From the IMG/VR virus record IMGVR_UViG_2718217636_000001: DNA of 64,000 bases, one strand, 5' to 3'. The position numbers and the translations under genes were made by a program. Below the pieces are notes generated by a model that saw nothing but the letters and a program-made list of their open reading frames with translations, did not search any database and was not told the DNA's origin. Position 1 is the first letter of the stretch. Every line of letters begins with the position of its first letter. Of this stretch, positions 63,328 to 64,000 are shown one piece after another. The DNA comes from an uncultured virus (IMG/VR IMGVR_UViG_2718217636_000001). Taxonomy: Duplodnaviria > Heunggongvirae > Uroviricota > Caudoviricetes.

Positions 63328-63999
63328 TCATCTGAGGATTCCGTGCGTGATGCCATCGGCCACGTCTCGCACGCAGCGGGCGTCGCCGAGCGCGGTGTGC
63401 TTGGTGTACCAGGGCTGGGTGACGCCGACGACCTCCCAGGGGAGCACGTCGGTGCTGGTTTCGAGCCAGTCGCGGACATGCTCTGCGGCCTCGCCGGTGA
63501 ACGCCTCGTCCACCTTGCCGCCAGCGGCGGCCAGGCGGCCGAGCACGTAGCCCTTCAGCATGCTGCGGATGTCGTCCATGCGGTGCGACGCCGTGAACGC
63601 CTGCCCGTGGGCACGCAGGAACGAGCGAAGGAAGTCCCGATCATGCCTAGGGTTGTTCGCCACGATGGTCGCGCCGTCGAGCTGCCGGGCGATCTGCAGC
63701 GCGATGTCATCCGCCGTCATGTTCTTTGCGATCGTGCCCTCGTCGGTGTCGTCCCAGTTCGCGCCGCACGACAGCAGCACGCCGTGGCCGATGGGAAGGT
63801 GAGCGACCTGACTCCGCTCGTAGTACTGGCTGACCTGCAGCGCCTTGGGGTCCGCGGCGGTGAGGCCGGGCCTCACCTGCCACCAGAACTCCGCCTCGCC
63901 GCCCTCGGGGAAATCGGGGTCGCGCACGATCAGCGCGGCCTCCCAGAGGTGGCCGATTTCCGCGTCGAGGTGCGTCGACTCCGTGTCGAGGTATACGTA
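63328..63999 (-). CDS. DEDDh 3'-5' exonuclease (5' end outside window)
   Basis: YLDTES at window edge, NPRHD, HTALGDA. Confidence 0.75.
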   Translation of the reverse strand, partial: YVYLDTESTHLDAEIGHLWEAALIVRDPDFPEGGEAEFWWQVRPGLTAADPKALQVSQYYERSQVAHLPIGHGVLLSCGANWDDTDEGTIAKNMTADDIALQIARQLDGATIVANNPRHDRDFLRSFLRAHGQAFTASHRMDDIRSMLKGYVLGRLAAAGGKVDEAFTGEAAEHVRDWLETSTDVLPWEVVGVTQPWYTKHTALGDARCVRDVADGITHGILR

Positions 64000-64000
64000 G

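Larger units (their letters stand above)
1..64000 (-). mobile_element. Temperate siphovirus-type prophage/phage genome segment of a high-GC actinomycete (boundaries outside window or not identifiable)
   Basis: Contiguous minus-strand terminase-portal-scaffold-capsid-neck-tail-lysis modules plus early genes and a divergent repressor. Confidence 0.93.

Noticed and set aside
1..64000. tRNA/rRNA genes, intact integrase, att sites
   Set aside because: None recognised by eye; tRNAscan and flanking sequence would be needed.

Overview
The whole window is one high-GC actinomycete temperate siphophage (prophage or phage-plasmid), probably extending past both ends; no intact integrase or att pair is visible. 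Nearly all core genes are on the minus strand. Right to left they are: immunity/switch region, recombination genes (intein-containing exonuclease, Gp3-like protein), HU, nucleotide-metabolism genes, a replication origin (iterons plus a DnaA box), an accessory island, a DNA-modification cluster, RusA, terminase, portal, minor head protein with a toxin domain, head, neck, tail and lysis. Main points of interest: (1) a ParB-like / C5-methyltransferase (motif X GRAVPP instead of GNAVPP) / AsnB-like amidotransferase / CmoA-like cluster that reads as a cytosine carboxymethylation and amidation pathway; (2) systematic doubling of tail genes, with two complete tape measure paralogs and two [tail-tip + partner] modules but one tail tube and one Dit, suggesting dimorphic or heteromeric tails; (3) a minor head protein fused to an ADP-ribosyltransferase, with a probable immunity gene; (4) a 34-bp loxP-like site next to a decayed Cre-like recombinase; (5) several morons (AbiTii-like, possible nucleotide sponge, type I TA-like cassette, ricin lectin). 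All family calls are from motif recognition by eye; no searches were run.
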